This document shows, in pieces, positions 63,730 through 64,000 of a DNA stretch of 64,000 bases. Origin of the DNA: Chiloscyllium plagiosum. Taxonomy: Eukaryota. The notes beneath the pieces are model-generated. The model was not told the DNA's origin, ran no database searches, and saw only the letters and a program-made list of their open reading frames with translations. The position numbers and the translations under genes were made by a program. The stretch is from NCBI RefSeq assembly GCF_004010195.1, contig NC_057718.1, forward strand, positions 37,747,592 to 37,811,591, read 5' to 3'. The stretch's first letter is position 1. Each line of letters starts with the position of its first letter.

Positions 63730-64000
63730 ACATGAAGTGCTGCATTTTGGAAGGGCAAATTAGGGCAGGACTTATACATTTAATAGTAAGGTCCTGGGGA
63801 CTGTTGCTGAACAAAGATCTTGGAGTGCAGGTTCATAGTTTCTTGAAAGTAGAGTCGCAGTTAGATAGGATGGTGAAGAAGTCTTTTGGTACAATTTCCT
63901 TTATTGGTCAGAGCACTGAGTACAGGACATTGGCTAGGCCACTTTTGGAATATCGTGTGCAATTCTGGTCTCCCTCCTATAGGAAGGATGTTGTGAAGCT
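63730..64000 (+). mobile_element. CR1 ORF2 fragment in BICRAL intron
   Basis: Close match to 36000-36540 (gtgctgcattttggaa...ggtcctgggga..gttgctgaacaaagatcttgga). Confidence 0.9.

Overview
Repeat-rich vertebrate genomic DNA, very probably from a cartilaginous fish (HE1 SINEs, SacSINE1/Deu-type SINEs, shark-style CR1 LINEs). The only host gene I can support is the 3' end of BICRAL (GLTSCR1L) on the minus strand: three phase-consistent coding exons at 61584-61678, 61186-61288 and 59250-60193, followed by a repeat-poor putative 3' UTR. The rest is layered, nested mobile DNA: many CR1/L2 LINE fragments, tRNA-derived SINEs, Harbinger remnants, a probable solo LTR and several families of Penelope-like elements (PLEs). 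The main hidden signal is about 10 clear and several degenerate minimal hammerhead-ribozyme cores (CUGANGA-stem II-GAAA-NN-UH). They fall into about four sequence families with compensatory stem changes. They sit in short insertions with 8-14 bp target-site duplications (TSDs), often as inverted pairs, and two lie directly behind GIY-YIG endonuclease coding remnants. One insertion is only 92 bp and is almost nothing but the ribozyme. Also present: a 1341-bp near-perfect palindrome (possibly an assembly artefact), a 231-bp local duplication, a strong CTCF motif and a 325-N gap. Repeat boundaries were judged by eye and are approximate unless a TSD is quoted.
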